DNA of 63,265 nucleotides, filler included, from Licmophora abbreviata (Eukaryota): NCBI GenBank assembly GCA_900291995.1. It is 16 parts of 16 records of this genome, joined end to end, with 100 filler letters (N's around TTAATTAATTAA, not from the genome) between each part and the next. Parts side by side here need not be neighbours in the genome. Positions count along the whole stretch, not along the records: positions 49,243 to 54,497 come from OLMU01003015.1; positions 54,598 to 56,463 come from OLMU01003017.1; positions 56,564 to 59,227 come from OLMU01003018.1; positions 59,328 to 60,694 come from OLMU01003019.1; positions 60,795 to 63,265 come from OLMU01003020.1; 11 more parts are not named here. One strand, 5' to 3'. Shown piece by piece: positions 52,918 to 63,265 of this stretch (position 1 is its first letter; each line of letters starts with the position of its first letter). The notes under the pieces were generated by a model. It saw only the letters and a program-made list of their open reading frames with translations, ran no database searches and was not told where the DNA came from. The position numbers and the translations under genes were made by a program.

Positions 52918-53955
52918 ATGATGGCGTTGTCGACGATGACAATGTTCAAGACAGCCTTCGCTGTTCTTCTTTCTTTTCTCGTTTCCCAGTCCCTATCTGA
53001 TGCCTCGTTATCCCATTCGTCGTTGTCGGTGGTCTCAAGCTCGAGAGGCGGTGACATCAGCGCTGATGAAACGAAGATGACAACACCGTCACCACGCTAC
53101 GGGCGAATCTCCATCGATCAATTCATCCTCACACCAGAGCAGGTGGAGACCTTTCACCGAGAGGGATGCGTCACTATTCCTAATGTACTCACAGAGGATG
53201 AGGTACAAGACCTAGAGGAAGTCTTTGAACGCTTCATGTCGGGCGAAATACACGTGCCGGGCAAGGATTTCTGCGGCATGAGCAAGCCATTCGGAATCCC
53301 GCGATCGCAGTGGAGTATTGTGAACTGTATGCTTCCCACGAAATATCATCCGCCGCTTCAGAGTAATGTTTACGAGCGGCTGACAGCTTTGATATCGAGA
53401 CAACTCTTTCCTCGCGCTGACATGACCAAAGACTACGACCAGTTTCTCAACAAGCTGCCTGGAAAGAGAGACGCGGTCTTTGCGTATCACCAAGATATGG
53501 CTTATTGGCCGGCGCCCAAAGCACTGGGGGTGGCCCGCACCGACACATGTACCTTTTCATTAGCGATTGATGACTCCATGGAAGAGAATGGATGTCTGCG
53601 CTACGTTGTGGGCTCGGGAGTTGACAAGGAACTGCGATCGCACGAACCCTTGGTGGGAGGGGGGAGGGACGATGGCCATGCGCTGACCATGACGCTGCGG
53701 GAAGATGACAAGGTCAAACTTGCACCCGCCGCGCGAGGGAGCATCACCATTCATGACGAGTATGTTGTGCATGGATCGGGAGGAAATTCGTGTCCGACAA
53801 GGCAACGACGAACCTACGTCGTAGCCTATCGAGCTGGAGAGATTGTCAAAGCGGAGAGAGCGATTGGGTTTTCTCATTCGCACAACGACGGCGTAAATTG
53901 GGATACATTTGACGATGGAGAAAGCCATCGAGTAGGACGAAAAGAGACACAGTAG
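52918..53955 (+). CDS. Phytanoyl-CoA dioxygenase (PhyH) family protein with signal peptide
   Basis: LTPEQVETFHREG, HQDMAYW, ENGCLRYV.GS, VHGSGGN..R. Confidence 0.85.
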   Translation: MMALSTMTMFKTAFAVLLSFLVSQSLSDASLSHSSLSVVSSSRGGDISADETKMTTPSPRYGRISIDQFILTPEQVETFHREGCVTIPNVLTEDEVQDLEEVFERFMSGEIHVPGKDFCGMSKPFGIPRSQWSIVNCMLPTKYHPPLQSNVYERLTALISRQLFPRADMTKDYDQFLNKLPGKRDAVFAYHQDMAYWPAPKALGVARTDTCTFSLAIDDSMEENGCLRYVVGSGVDKELRSHEPLVGGGRDDGHALTMTLREDDKVKLAPAARGSITIHDEYVVHGSGGNSCPTRQRRTYVVAYRAGEIVKAERAIGFSHSHNDGVNWDTFDDGESHRVGRKETQ

Positions 53956-53969
53956 TTCAATATCCCACA

Positions 53970-54497
53970 TTAGACGTTAACAGACTTGGTCTTGAGGTCG
54001 AGCTGCTGCATAAAATCGTCGCTTCCCAGATCTAGTAGCTTCGAGCTCATATCATTCACCGCGTCCGTCATCTCAGCCTGATAATCTGCCATCTTGTCCC
54101 GTAGTTCCGGGCGACTTGTCGAAAGGATGCGGACTGCCAACAGGCCCGCGTTCATGGCGTTGCCAATTGCGACTGTCGCCACGGGCACGCCTCGGGGCAT
54201 CTGAACAATACTATACAGTGAGTCGACTCCACTCAAAGTTGACGTCTTGACTGGCACTCCAATCACGGGAAGGGGCGTCATGGCGGCGACCATGCCAGGT
54301 AAGTGTGCTGCGCCACCAGCTCCGGCAATCAAGACGCGAATGCCACGACCCGCAGCCGATCGACTGTACGACATGAGCTTGTCGGGCGTTCGATGTGCCG
54401 ACACGATATCAACCTCATATGGAACGCCGAACTTGTTGAGCATATCGATCGCCGCATGCATTGTGGGCAAATCGCTCTGCGATCCCATAATGACGCC
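53970..54497 (-). CDS. purE: PurE (AIR carboxylase) domain, probably the C-terminus of an ADE2-type enzyme; 5' truncated
   Basis: [41 protein letters not shown]. Confidence 0.93.
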   Translation of the reverse strand, partial: GVIMGSQSDLPTMHAAIDMLNKFGVPYEVDIVSAHRTPDKLMSYSRSAAGRGIRVLIAGAGGAAHLPGMVAAMTPLPVIGVPVKTSTLSGVDSLYSIVQMPRGVPVATVAIGNAMNAGLLAVRILSTSRPELRDKMADYQAEMTDAVNDMSSKLLDLGSDDFMQQLDLKTKSVNV

Positions 54498-54852
54498 NNN
54501 NNNNNNNNNNNNNNNNNNNNNNNNNNNNNNNNNNNNNNNNNTTAATTAATTAANNNNNNNNNNNNNNNNNNNNNNNNNNNNNNNNNNNNNNNNNNNNCCG
54601 CGAGACCCACATCGAAAAAAAGGCGCGCCGCGCAATATTCGAATATTGACTTAGATCTACCACCCACAGGTAGTCTAAGACGAGTACCACCGATGTTATG
54701 GCTCCTTTGTACCATCCAGAGTACAGCACGATCACACGGCCGCACTTACTGAGTCCCCGTGGTCATTATCCTTCCTAGTTGCCAGTACAGTACACAGTTA
54801 TTATGAGGGTCGTTCTACATTCAACACACCTTGCTACTAGATGTACCTCGAA

Positions 54853-56448
54853 TCACCTCTCATCCTCGTCGAAATAACTGAACATGTTCCACTCAGCTGC
54901 AAATATATACAGCCAATCCTCCAATACATACTCTACCATAGCGTCCTTCTCCTCTTCGCTGAGATCAGTTTCGGCTCGACGTTTCAAATACTCGACCAAA
55001 AGAACCTCACGGGTGAAATTGGCAATGGCTTCTTCTTCTGACTCTGCTTTCTCCACGAATTCCTTCACAAACGCCAATCCTTGAGGATTCCAGTTAGGGA
55101 TGTCGTTTACAATTTCGATAAACCAATCCAGATAAAACTCGGGATCGATAGTTTTCTTCCTCCTGCCCAACCATGCGACGAAATCCCAGACTTTGCCAAG
55201 AACTGGTAGCTTCGAAGTCTTGTAAACAAGGGCTTTTGTGAGATCCCAGGCACTCGCAGTTTCGAGATACGACACCGCAAGCTCCTCGGACATGTTTCGT
55301 GGGTGGTGGAATTTGTGACGGTAGGTATTGTATCTATTGGGCATAGTGGGAACGCTTGTCTGATTCCCCCCGACCTTCTTTGCCCAGTAGCAAACCATTC
55401 TTGTTTCGACTGACTGTCGAGGCTTGGCATCGCCCACTCCATTCAGATCAACCACACCTGTATGAAATGCAGACCTCGAAACACCCTTGGAATAGTCGCT
55501 ATCGTGTATTTTGAAGAGAAGGGCTTCCTCTTTCTCCATCTTTGGAAAGTAATACCACCTGTGGGAGTTCGCGTGGCGAGCCGACAATGCAACTTGCTCG
55601 ACGACTTTGTTTTTCTTTGTAATTAAGTCTCTCAATATAAAATCATCGGGTTTTGCCGTGGATCTATCATCAAGTAACGCCAAGTGGTTGTTTTCGATTG
55701 GGTCATCGGCAATATTCCGCCAGAGATTGATAGACAGGTACCTTTCATACTGGTTGAGTGGCCCATTGGCGTACCTCATCGCTAGTCTATCGGCAAGAGC
55801 AGCGGATTGGTCCACGTGTGGGTCTCCCCATGTACATGTGTCGACTCCTGGTCGATTGTTGTCCTCCGCCTGGTTTCGCACGCGAGGAGCAGAGAGAGTG
55901 ACTACGTCGTTGCAGCCAAGTTTGCTCTTGATGAATGACTCCGTCTCTTGCTCGTACCTGGATATCATCGTAGAATCTCCCTCTGCCAGCTTAAAGAAGT
56001 CTTCCGTCGATAGGGTTGTAGGAAGAGAAGGAACGAGTTCAAAGCCAGCCTCGTCCAGAGTCAGTTCTGGATTTCCACGGCCGTTGCAGACGCTCGTTGT
56101 AAGAAGCGCCTTTTCGTCGAATCTGTCGTCTCTGTGGACGGACTTTTGGCGTTCCGCCTTGGATCGCGGACGTTCGTAGAGATAGTGGCGCGTCATATCA
56201 TTGATTTCATAATTCATACGGACATCAATGCAGTCGTCGGCGCACTCCTTGTTGTTTCCGCCGAAATCATCCTCTGCAAACTCAGATGCCACAGTCAACG
56301 TGAAGAGAATCAGGACGACGAAGACGACGAGAGGTTGATGACAGCATAGTGTCTTGACCTTCGGCAACTTCCTCAAGACAGAGGTTCTCATGTCGGCGTA
56401 CTGTGTGGAAACCAAGGAGAGAATAAGGATACCTACAGGATGATACAC
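54853..56448 (-). CDS. CmcJ/NvfI/AsaB-family Fe/2OG-type oxidoreductase with N-terminal signal/TM and C-terminal helical extension
   Basis: LTLDEAGFEL, HVDQS, INLWRNI..PI...LALLD, HRWYYFPKM...ALLFK..DS, AFHT, RQSVETR. Confidence 0.75.
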   Translation of the reverse strand: MYHPVGILILSLVSTQYADMRTSVLRKLPKVKTLCCHQPLVVFVVLILFTLTVASEFAEDDFGGNNKECADDCIDVRMNYEINDMTRHYLYERPRSKAERQKSVHRDDRFDEKALLTTSVCNGRGNPELTLDEAGFELVPSLPTTLSTEDFFKLAEGDSTMISRYEQETESFIKSKLGCNDVVTLSAPRVRNQAEDNNRPGVDTCTWGDPHVDQSAALADRLAMRYANGPLNQYERYLSINLWRNIADDPIENNHLALLDDRSTAKPDDFILRDLITKKNKVVEQVALSARHANSHRWYYFPKMEKEEALLFKIHDSDYSKGVSRSAFHTGVVDLNGVGDAKPRQSVETRMVCYWAKKVGGNQTSVPTMPNRYNTYRHKFHHPRNMSEELAVSYLETASAWDLTKALVYKTSKLPVLGKVWDFVAWLGRRKKTIDPEFYLDWFIEIVNDIPNWNPQGLAFVKEFVEKAESEEEAIANFTREVLLVEYLKRRAETDLSEEEKDAMVEYVLEDWLYIFAAEWNMFSYFDEDER

Positions 56449-56593
56449 CTGTGATGACGATGTNNNNNNNNNNNNNNNNNNNNNNNNNNNNNNNNNNNNN
56501 NNNNNNNTTAATTAATTAANNNNNNNNNNNNNNNNNNNNNNNNNNNNNNNNNNNNNNNNNNNNGCCCAAAACACAAAACAGAGGGAAGTATCT

Positions 56594-56616
56594 TGTATTT
56601 TGTATTTTGTATTTTG
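56594..56616. repeat. (TGTATTT)3 short tandem repeat
   Basis: Read directly, near a contig end. Confidence 0.7.
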
Positions 56617-56791
56617 GGTCAAATATCTGCCCTAGGTTCGTCAACAACGAACGCTGTTAGAATATCTCTATATATTTAATTAAGCGCGCCAGCGGCGATG
56701 ATTTTCGACCACGAACACACACGCCTTTTGATTTTTGATGCTTTGTGCAAAAAAGCCGGGGTTTCAGCACTTTTAACTTCCACAGCATCAC

Positions 56792-58228
56792 ATGGAGGCG
56801 TCGTCGACGCCATCGGCTCCAGATCCGGAGCAGCAGCGTCCCATCTTTGTCGTTGTCGTAGAAGATCACAATCACTGTTTGGAACACATTCATTGCGTCC
56901 TTCGCAAACGAAAGCGACCGAGACCATCGTCGTTCTGCTGGTCATTGGTCCATTTTGATTCCCATCCCGATTTGTCCTGTCCGACGACCACTCCCGCAAT
57001 CTCGTGCTTTTCGCCTCGTGTGCGACGTGCCCAAACTCCTGCAGCTAGTAGCAGTGCTGATACAATACCGCAGTATGACCTGTACGAGTCACTGGAACGC
57101 AGTAAAGGTGGAATTGCAGAATGGATATTGCCGTTGGTCTTGGCTGGAGGACTCGACACCGTGGAATGGACCAAGCCGAGCTCCTTGTGTCGCCAGTTGC
57201 CTCTCGGTAAGCACCGATTTCATGTGGGGGCCTGGGAAAGTCCAGACGCAAACGAAGGCTATACTAGGATATCTCCACAGCATCACATAGAGAGCTTTCT
57301 TGATTTGTCACCGACAAGTCTTGTTCGAGTGGATTGGCATCATCCTTACTATCTCGACGACGATTCGGCTGTTCCAACGAACGAGCTTGCACTGCGACAG
57401 CCTCTCGACTTGATTGTATCGCACCTTGATGAGACGTCTACTCATCAGTCCACGATTGCTGCTTCTCTAGACAACGACTGGGTACTCGACATTTGTTTGG
57501 ACTACTTTGCCTGCCTCAATCCCTTCCTCTCCGACCTGGAACGCGAGAACATCGAATTCGCCCAATTGTTGGTCAAGGCTACTACTGACACAAGGTGGTG
57601 GGCTACTGCAACACGCCCGTCATCATCCAATGGCACCTCCTTCACTCTGCACCACGAAGCTACGGAAGAAACTCGATTGTACAGTGACGAGTCGAGAGAG
57701 TTTCAGAGTAGCATGCGGGAGCTACTGGAGAACCCGAACAACAACAGCGAGCGAACGATTCAAGCCATGCTGCCATTTTACGAGGCGCCGGAACTAGCAA
57801 GTGATACATTGACGCGTCTGCTTGGGTGCCTTTTGGCTCATGATGCCGCTGACCAGTCGTCGCTTGTCTCTATGGCAGTGGAAGCGCTTCCGAACCTCAC
57901 CTTGCCGCACGAGCCAATCAGACAACGCGACAGCAAGTCACATCGCACGCTCCTACAGGCCTTCCAGTCCCACTTAGTTCGACTCCGTGAGGTCTCTGAT
58001 CCATTCTGCATTGTCATTGCTCGCAGTGCAGAGGATGGCTTTACGCCTGCGACTGTCGTGGAGAGGCTGCAGGAGGACGTTCTTCTGTTGGTACACGATG
58101 CATACTGCGGGTGCGCTTGTCTGAATGCCGTCACACCCGAGGCTATCGTCAACAATGATGCGTGTCGCTTTCGCCTCATCTTTGATTACGGCGAGTGGTC
58201 TCCCTCGTCGTTTGAACGAACGCTTTGA
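56792..58228 (+). CDS. UPF0489 (C5orf22-like) protein
   Basis: VVEDHN, HFDSHPDL, IAEWILP, LDICLDYF..NPF, IARS..DGF. Confidence 0.85.
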   Translation: MEASSTPSAPDPEQQRPIFVVVVEDHNHCLEHIHCVLRKRKRPRPSSFCWSLVHFDSHPDLSCPTTTPAISCFSPRVRRAQTPAASSSADTIPQYDLYESLERSKGGIAEWILPLVLAGGLDTVEWTKPSSLCRQLPLGKHRFHVGAWESPDANEGYTRISPQHHIESFLDLSPTSLVRVDWHHPYYLDDDSAVPTNELALRQPLDLIVSHLDETSTHQSTIAASLDNDWVLDICLDYFACLNPFLSDLERENIEFAQLLVKATTDTRWWATATRPSSSNGTSFTLHHEATEETRLYSDESREFQSSMRELLENPNNNSERTIQAMLPFYEAPELASDTLTRLLGCLLAHDAADQSSLVSMAVEALPNLTLPHEPIRQRDSKSHRTLLQAFQSHLVRLREVSDPFCIVIARSAEDGFTPATVVERLQEDVLLLVHDAYCGCACLNAVTPEAIVNNDACRFRLIFDYGEWSPSSFERTL

Positions 58229-58293
58229 TGGGTTCATCAATAATAATCGCAACCATTCTAATAGTATGTACAATGTTTTTTTCGAGAGCGATA

Positions 58294-59998
58294 TCACGCT
58301 TCGCTGTTGCCGCCGCTGCCATACTCGAACAATCCAGTCGTCCCGTCCCACTCGAAGACAAACTTGGACAAGCCAATATATAACAGTACATGCCGCACCA
58401 AGTACAATGCTACGACTAGCAACGCATCTCCAACATTCGCCTCTTCCTCGAGCGCCGTCGCCACTTGTTGAACCGCCGCAATCCAATCCAAGCCGCCCAC
58501 CAAAAAGTACAAAGGCAAAATCACCAATCCAATGACGAGTGCCGACGGGGATACGGTAGCTCCCAATAAATCCAGCGCACGGGTACTGGTTCGTCGTGGC
58601 ACCGTCACGGACCATGCCGTACGCCAAGACGGTTTCGTTTGTACAGGGACAAAGCCGGAATTCAGGAGCTTTCGCTGAAGATCAGAGCAATGCATACCTC
58701 CATACAAGAGAGCAACATGAGTCGTCGTAGCAGCAGCACGATCTCGCAGCATCATGACTTGATCTAAGACTTGCAGAGCCCGTTCGTTGCGTCGTTGAAT
58801 TAACAAGACGTTACTTCTGTCATCACTGCCGTTATTCTGACCACTCACGAGGACTTGTCCAAAGACCAGTTGACGAGCCTTTTGTATATTTCCTGACACG
58901 ATACTGTCCAAGATGGGCAGCGTCACTTGCGATAGACCTCCGGTCGGGCGAGGCAACAGACTGCTCCAATCCAAGAGAACAATCGACACTTCCGGACACG
59001 GTAATGTTATCCAGAACAGTGCACGAAATACATTCAAGAATGCGTTTCCAGGAAGGAACAAATTGGAAAAGAGACGTCTCTGAATATCGGAGTTGAGCGA
59101 GAGCGAGGTGGAGGGTGTTGTAGGACGAAACAACGCCCTGGCGGCTTCCGCTGCAGGCCACGACGCAGCCGATGACGACGCCAATGCCCAGAGTGGCTGT
59201 TGTTGGTGTTGTTGATGTTGTCGCTCTNNNNNNNNNNNNNNNNNNNNNNNNNNNNNNNNNNNNNNNNNNNNTTAATTAATTAANNNNNNNNNNNNNNNNN
59301 NNNNNNNNNNNNNNNNNNNNNNNNNNNAGATCGGCATGAACCCAACGAGGCTGTGCGTAGTTGACAATGTCCACCTGACAGGAAAGACCGTAAGAATCCG
59401 CCATTTGTCGATCCGTCGGTGGTGCCATCAAGGGCGACATGTTGGATTCCGTGGGAGGTAGGTACCGTAATGCAGGTGGTGAGCTGTCGTCCGTCTCTTG
59501 CTGACTCGGATGCAGGGGCGACAGCTTCAACAACGCGTCGTCCACCAATAGTTCATAGAGGACAGTGTCATATTGCTTGGCAAAGGCTGGTGTATTGTAA
59601 TATTGAAAATAGTCCTTGCTTCCATAGTGAATCTGGGCATGCAAGTCGACGCGCTGCTTACTCTGTTCACCCTTTGTAGTAATGCTGGTGCGCTCGAAGG
59701 TCGCTACAGCCGTCTGCAGCTCAAAGTAGGTCTGTTGTTGTTGTTGTTGTTGTCGGGACGATGCCGAATTCAAAGTTTGAACAGGATGCATGCGAATGAA
59801 TCTAGATACTTTAGAAGAGGAGGAATCAGTCGTACTATCGTCACTCGGTGATCCAGGACGCCCTCTTGCTGCAATGCGACGACACCCCTGATGGCGGCGT
59901 CGTGCGGAAATCGGTGCGGTAAAGGCGTTCGTTTCTCTGGCTGGTAAGAAGATCGCCAAGAACACGAGGGGAGCATACACATTCGATCTTTTCTGCAT
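58294..59998 (-). CDS. Plastid-targeted conserved hypothetical protein (TraB-like motifs) with C-terminal TMs; spans linker
   Basis: Signal + NAFTAP; VDLHAQIHYG..YF, VLYEL, WVHAD; after the gap LIQRRNERAL and ALLYGGMH..DL. Confidence 0.6.
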
Positions 59999-60528
59999 AG
60001 TGGTATTGAATCTATCAGACACGGAAGAGGACGACCCGTCCAATATTCATGCTAATGCCATGGCGCAACTGTGCTGTGGTGATGCGGCGTCTCAGAATTC
60101 ACTTCGAGAGAAAAACTTTGGAGGGAAAGTATGTACGTCAGTCGCACACACATCACATCATCAGACACACACATCACACATCGCCGTCCATTCCACAAGT
60201 ATTGACACCCAAACAAGAACAATAACGTGTGGATCGAGCTGTAATATGGTCATGCTTTACCTCTCGCAGTGGCATGGGGTATCGGAGATTACAAGTCCTG
60301 GAGAGAGATATACGTTTGCAGTCAATGCCTGGACGACGAAACCGACAGGCTATGACTGATAAATGATTGTATGTTTTGTTGACGAGACTTTTGATGCTTC
60401 GCGCGAGAGTGCAGGAGTGCCTGTACAGCAATGCCAGCACAGTAGTTCGTTTGTTTCATAGGTTTACACAGTAGTTTTACACTGGATGAGGATCATTGTA
60501 CTGGTATTCGCCACTACCACCGCCATCC

Positions 60529-62059
60529 TTATTGTCGCTCGTCGTCGACTCGCCGTCCCCAGTGAGTCACATGATGCTGTTGTCGAAAGACTTCACTGCA
60601 GGCACTGGGGAGATGATCCATAACGTCGCGATCAAACTCAATAATGACAATGTGATCCCCCAGTCCGTCCCGTTGTGCCAACCACGCCAGCCTCNNNNNN
60701 NNNNNNNNNNNNNNNNNNNNNNNNNNNNNNNNNNNNNNTTAATTAATTAANNNNNNNNNNNNNNNNNNNNNNNNNNNNNNNNNNNNNNNNNNNNTGTGTG
60801 AATCGCCGAACTTCGCTGCGGTACTGATCCGATCGTTCGTCGTCACACGAGTATGCAGGATTACGACGAATGTTGTCAATCATATATTGCAGTGGCTTGG
60901 GTATTGCGTCGACAACGTATCCTTGTCTGATACCACTGACGCACAACCAGTTCGCTCCCTTTTCTGGAGTAGTTGTATCTATCCAGCACGGCAGGAGCAA
61001 ACCCGTCTGGCAATACAGACCCTTCTTTTGCCGTACATAGCTCGAGTCGTCCGTCACACTACTAGTATGCCAGTCGATGCTCCTCGGCACTGCAACAAAC
61101 ATACAGGGCACGTCCATGTTGTCCGTGCGCAATCTGTCGTCGTCAGTCCTATAGGTGACTGCAAGTCGATCTTCATGATGCGACTGTACGATGCGACCTG
61201 TTCTGTAGCAGTAGTCGGCATAATATTGGGAGGCCAATCCGGTCGCGATAGACTCTTCCCACGACGCAACTTCACGTGCAAGCATAATGATGGCATCGTC
61301 CTTGTTGGGCAACAAAAAGAGGCCTCGAGAAATCAAGTGAATTAGCACGGCTTCCAGTATCCCTGCGCCAAGAAAGAGTTCCCAAGTGGTTCGTTTGGAA
61401 AGAAGTGGCAGCGTCCAAGGCTTGTCGAGTGTCCGAGTCAAGAAGATGGAAAGACCAATGGATAGTGCAATGAGCAAATCCTCCCATCGAAGACATCTCC
61501 GACCGCACGTACTAAAGACAGTATACGCGGCCATGATGGCAGCCACCAAACCAGCTTGAAAAAGAACTGCTCCCATCAGAGTACGGAGCGGAACTTCGTC
61601 GAGCGATGGGTGGATCAAACCGACGCCAAGGTAGACGAGCAGACCTGACAACAAGTAGTCATAAATGACAAATGGACGGGGTGACAGCCACGAGTGTTTG
61701 GGTTTCTTCATCTTTGGTGTCGTAATGATGTGATAGGGCGTGTTAGAGTCGTACTCATTGAGGGCACTCTCCAACGGCGGTACCCAGAAGGGACTCACTT
61801 CTACGGGAGATCGTTCCGTTGTGATGTTCGAGTCGGCATCAGGAGTACGAGCCGTACTGTGGTAAGATCGATACTCTCTAGTAGGGTCCAACGTATCGAC
61901 TCGATCGTCAGCCGCATATTCTTGCAAGAGAGGCTCAAAGAACGTGTCTAACGCGTGTTGTTGTTGCTGCTGTTGATGAGCATTCGAATCCTCGCCTTCC
62001 GCCTCTTCCAGAATTTCGTCGCTCGAGCTGCCCAGGAACGATTTCACTTTATTCATCAT
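60529..62059 (-). CDS. STING-like protein: disordered N-terminus, 4 TM helices, STING cyclic-dinucleotide-binding-like domain (spans linker 60695-60794)
   Basis: Ordered motifs SIATGLASQYYADY, MFVAVPRSID, VVDAIPKPLQYM and EVRRFTQRLAWL...HIVIIEF match recalled STING blocks. The reading frame continues across the linker. Confidence 0.7.
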
Positions 62060-62440
62060 CTTTATACTTCTCTCGATAAAGAATATGTTGAAAGAAGAAG
62101 GGTCTGCTGCTTTCTGACGGTCGATGCGAGACACAGAAAATGGAGCGGCAACCACAAATAACATTCAACACATGTCAAGCATCGCGGTGAGAGAGAGAGA
62201 GAGTTGAGTTTGGATTCCGAATCTTTCGATCTTCGATTGTCCGAAATGTCATGACATATTCAATATGCTTAGAATGTCATATGCGATAAATTTAGCGTGC
62301 GCTGCACCGCTTTTTTGGTTCAGTGATGGTTCCGCACAATCGCATTGCCAACACTATTTTGAAGTCGTTGCAGTCGGTGTCGTCTCTGTCGTCTTCGCTT
62401 CCCTTTGCAGAGCCCCGTCGTCCTTCTTTTGTGACGAACC

Positions 62441-63216
62441 ATGTCCGAATCGAAGCCTAGTGAGAAGGTCGATAAGGAGGTGGATGAAAGGATGGATATG
62501 GATGAGTCGACGACGAAGGATTGTGCCACGCCATCAGCAGCGGCGGCGGCACCAGCAGACGAGGATGACATCAAGAATGATACAACTACGACGGCGACGG
62601 AAGCCGTGGCCACCAAGACTTCTTCCAAGCGCCCGTCCCAAGATAAGACAGTGTCTGGGAGTAACGACCGTACTGGTAGGACTGCCATGGCCAAGTGTAC
62701 CAAGTGCAAGAGTCGTCTAAGAAATGCAGGCAAGTTGTCGTTTCTACCTTGTAGTCTGCTCTGCTTGATTTTCAATACTTTTGCGGCATCGCTCTCACAC
62801 TTTGAACCGACTGTTATCAAACAGCCTGCACGCAGCTATCATGCATTGTGTGTTGTACCGATATGGGCTGCGAAGGACACAAGAAAGCTCGCGAGCAGGC
62901 CGCGTGGAAAGAAGCCGTCTTGAAGGGTACGACTCCGGTGCAACTGCGAGCCAAGGCGAAACGAGCGAGTGCGGTGCGTCCTGGATCCTTTCGGGAACCG
63001 GGATTTCTATACATGGGTCAGACGATTACCATTTGGAGCTTGGAAGAATACATGAAAGTGCCAAAGTGGAGAGATGATGCTGTGCGTCGTTCGGAAAAGC
63101 GCCGGGTCCGTCGAGATGAGTCGAATCAGCCTCCAGTCAAGCGAATTCAAAACAGCCGGAAACGATTTCAGTCCGCCATGGAAGAATTGTACCAAAAGAG
63201 CATCTCGCAGGAATAA
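62441..63216 (+). CDS. Zinc-finger protein (SHI/LRP1-like Cys-rich finger); GC-AG intron 62730-62824
   Basis: Spliced KCTKCKSRLRNAACTQLSCIVCCTDMGCEGH. Donor CAG|GCAAGT with acceptor ACAG keeps the frame. Confidence 0.6.
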
Positions 63217-63265
63217 GAATGATCCGTGGCACGACATGCTCGACCTCTTGTTAACTTGGATTTGC

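Noticed and set aside
8883..60794. Regularly recurring TTAATTAATTAA flanked by Ns, resembling a repeat array or CRISPR
   Set aside because: Fixed 100-nt artificial linker with stops in all frames; not biological.
56792..63265. cGAS/CD-NTase partner next to the STING-like gene (CBASS-like operon)
   Set aside because: No nucleotidyltransferase GS...DxD motif seen in neighbouring ORFs; any cyclase must lie elsewhere.

Overview
Gene-dense eukaryotic nuclear DNA, very probably from a diatom or related ochrophyte. Support: short GT-AG introns, several bipartite signal + 'ASAF/AFAP'-type plastid presequences, nuclear-encoded mitochondrial F1 subunits, and protein families typical of diatoms. The window is a draft scaffold of 16 pieces joined by 15 artificial 100-nt linkers (44 N + TTAATTAATTAA + 44 N). 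Several genes carry single-base frameshifts at short homopolymers, which look like sequencing errors. About 40 genes or gene fragments are recognisable, mostly housekeeping: ATG16L, head-to-head F1 delta/beta, CTL transporter, Pol iota-like, COX10, CNOT11, CARNMT1, NDC1-like, PurE domain, tandem alpha/beta hydrolases and four Fe/2OG-type oxygenases. The standout is a minus-strand gene at 60529-62059, split by a linker. It has four TM helices followed by a domain carrying the ordered motifs of the STING cyclic-dinucleotide receptor, making it a candidate TM-STING immune receptor in a diatom. All family assignments come from recalled motifs; no database search was run.
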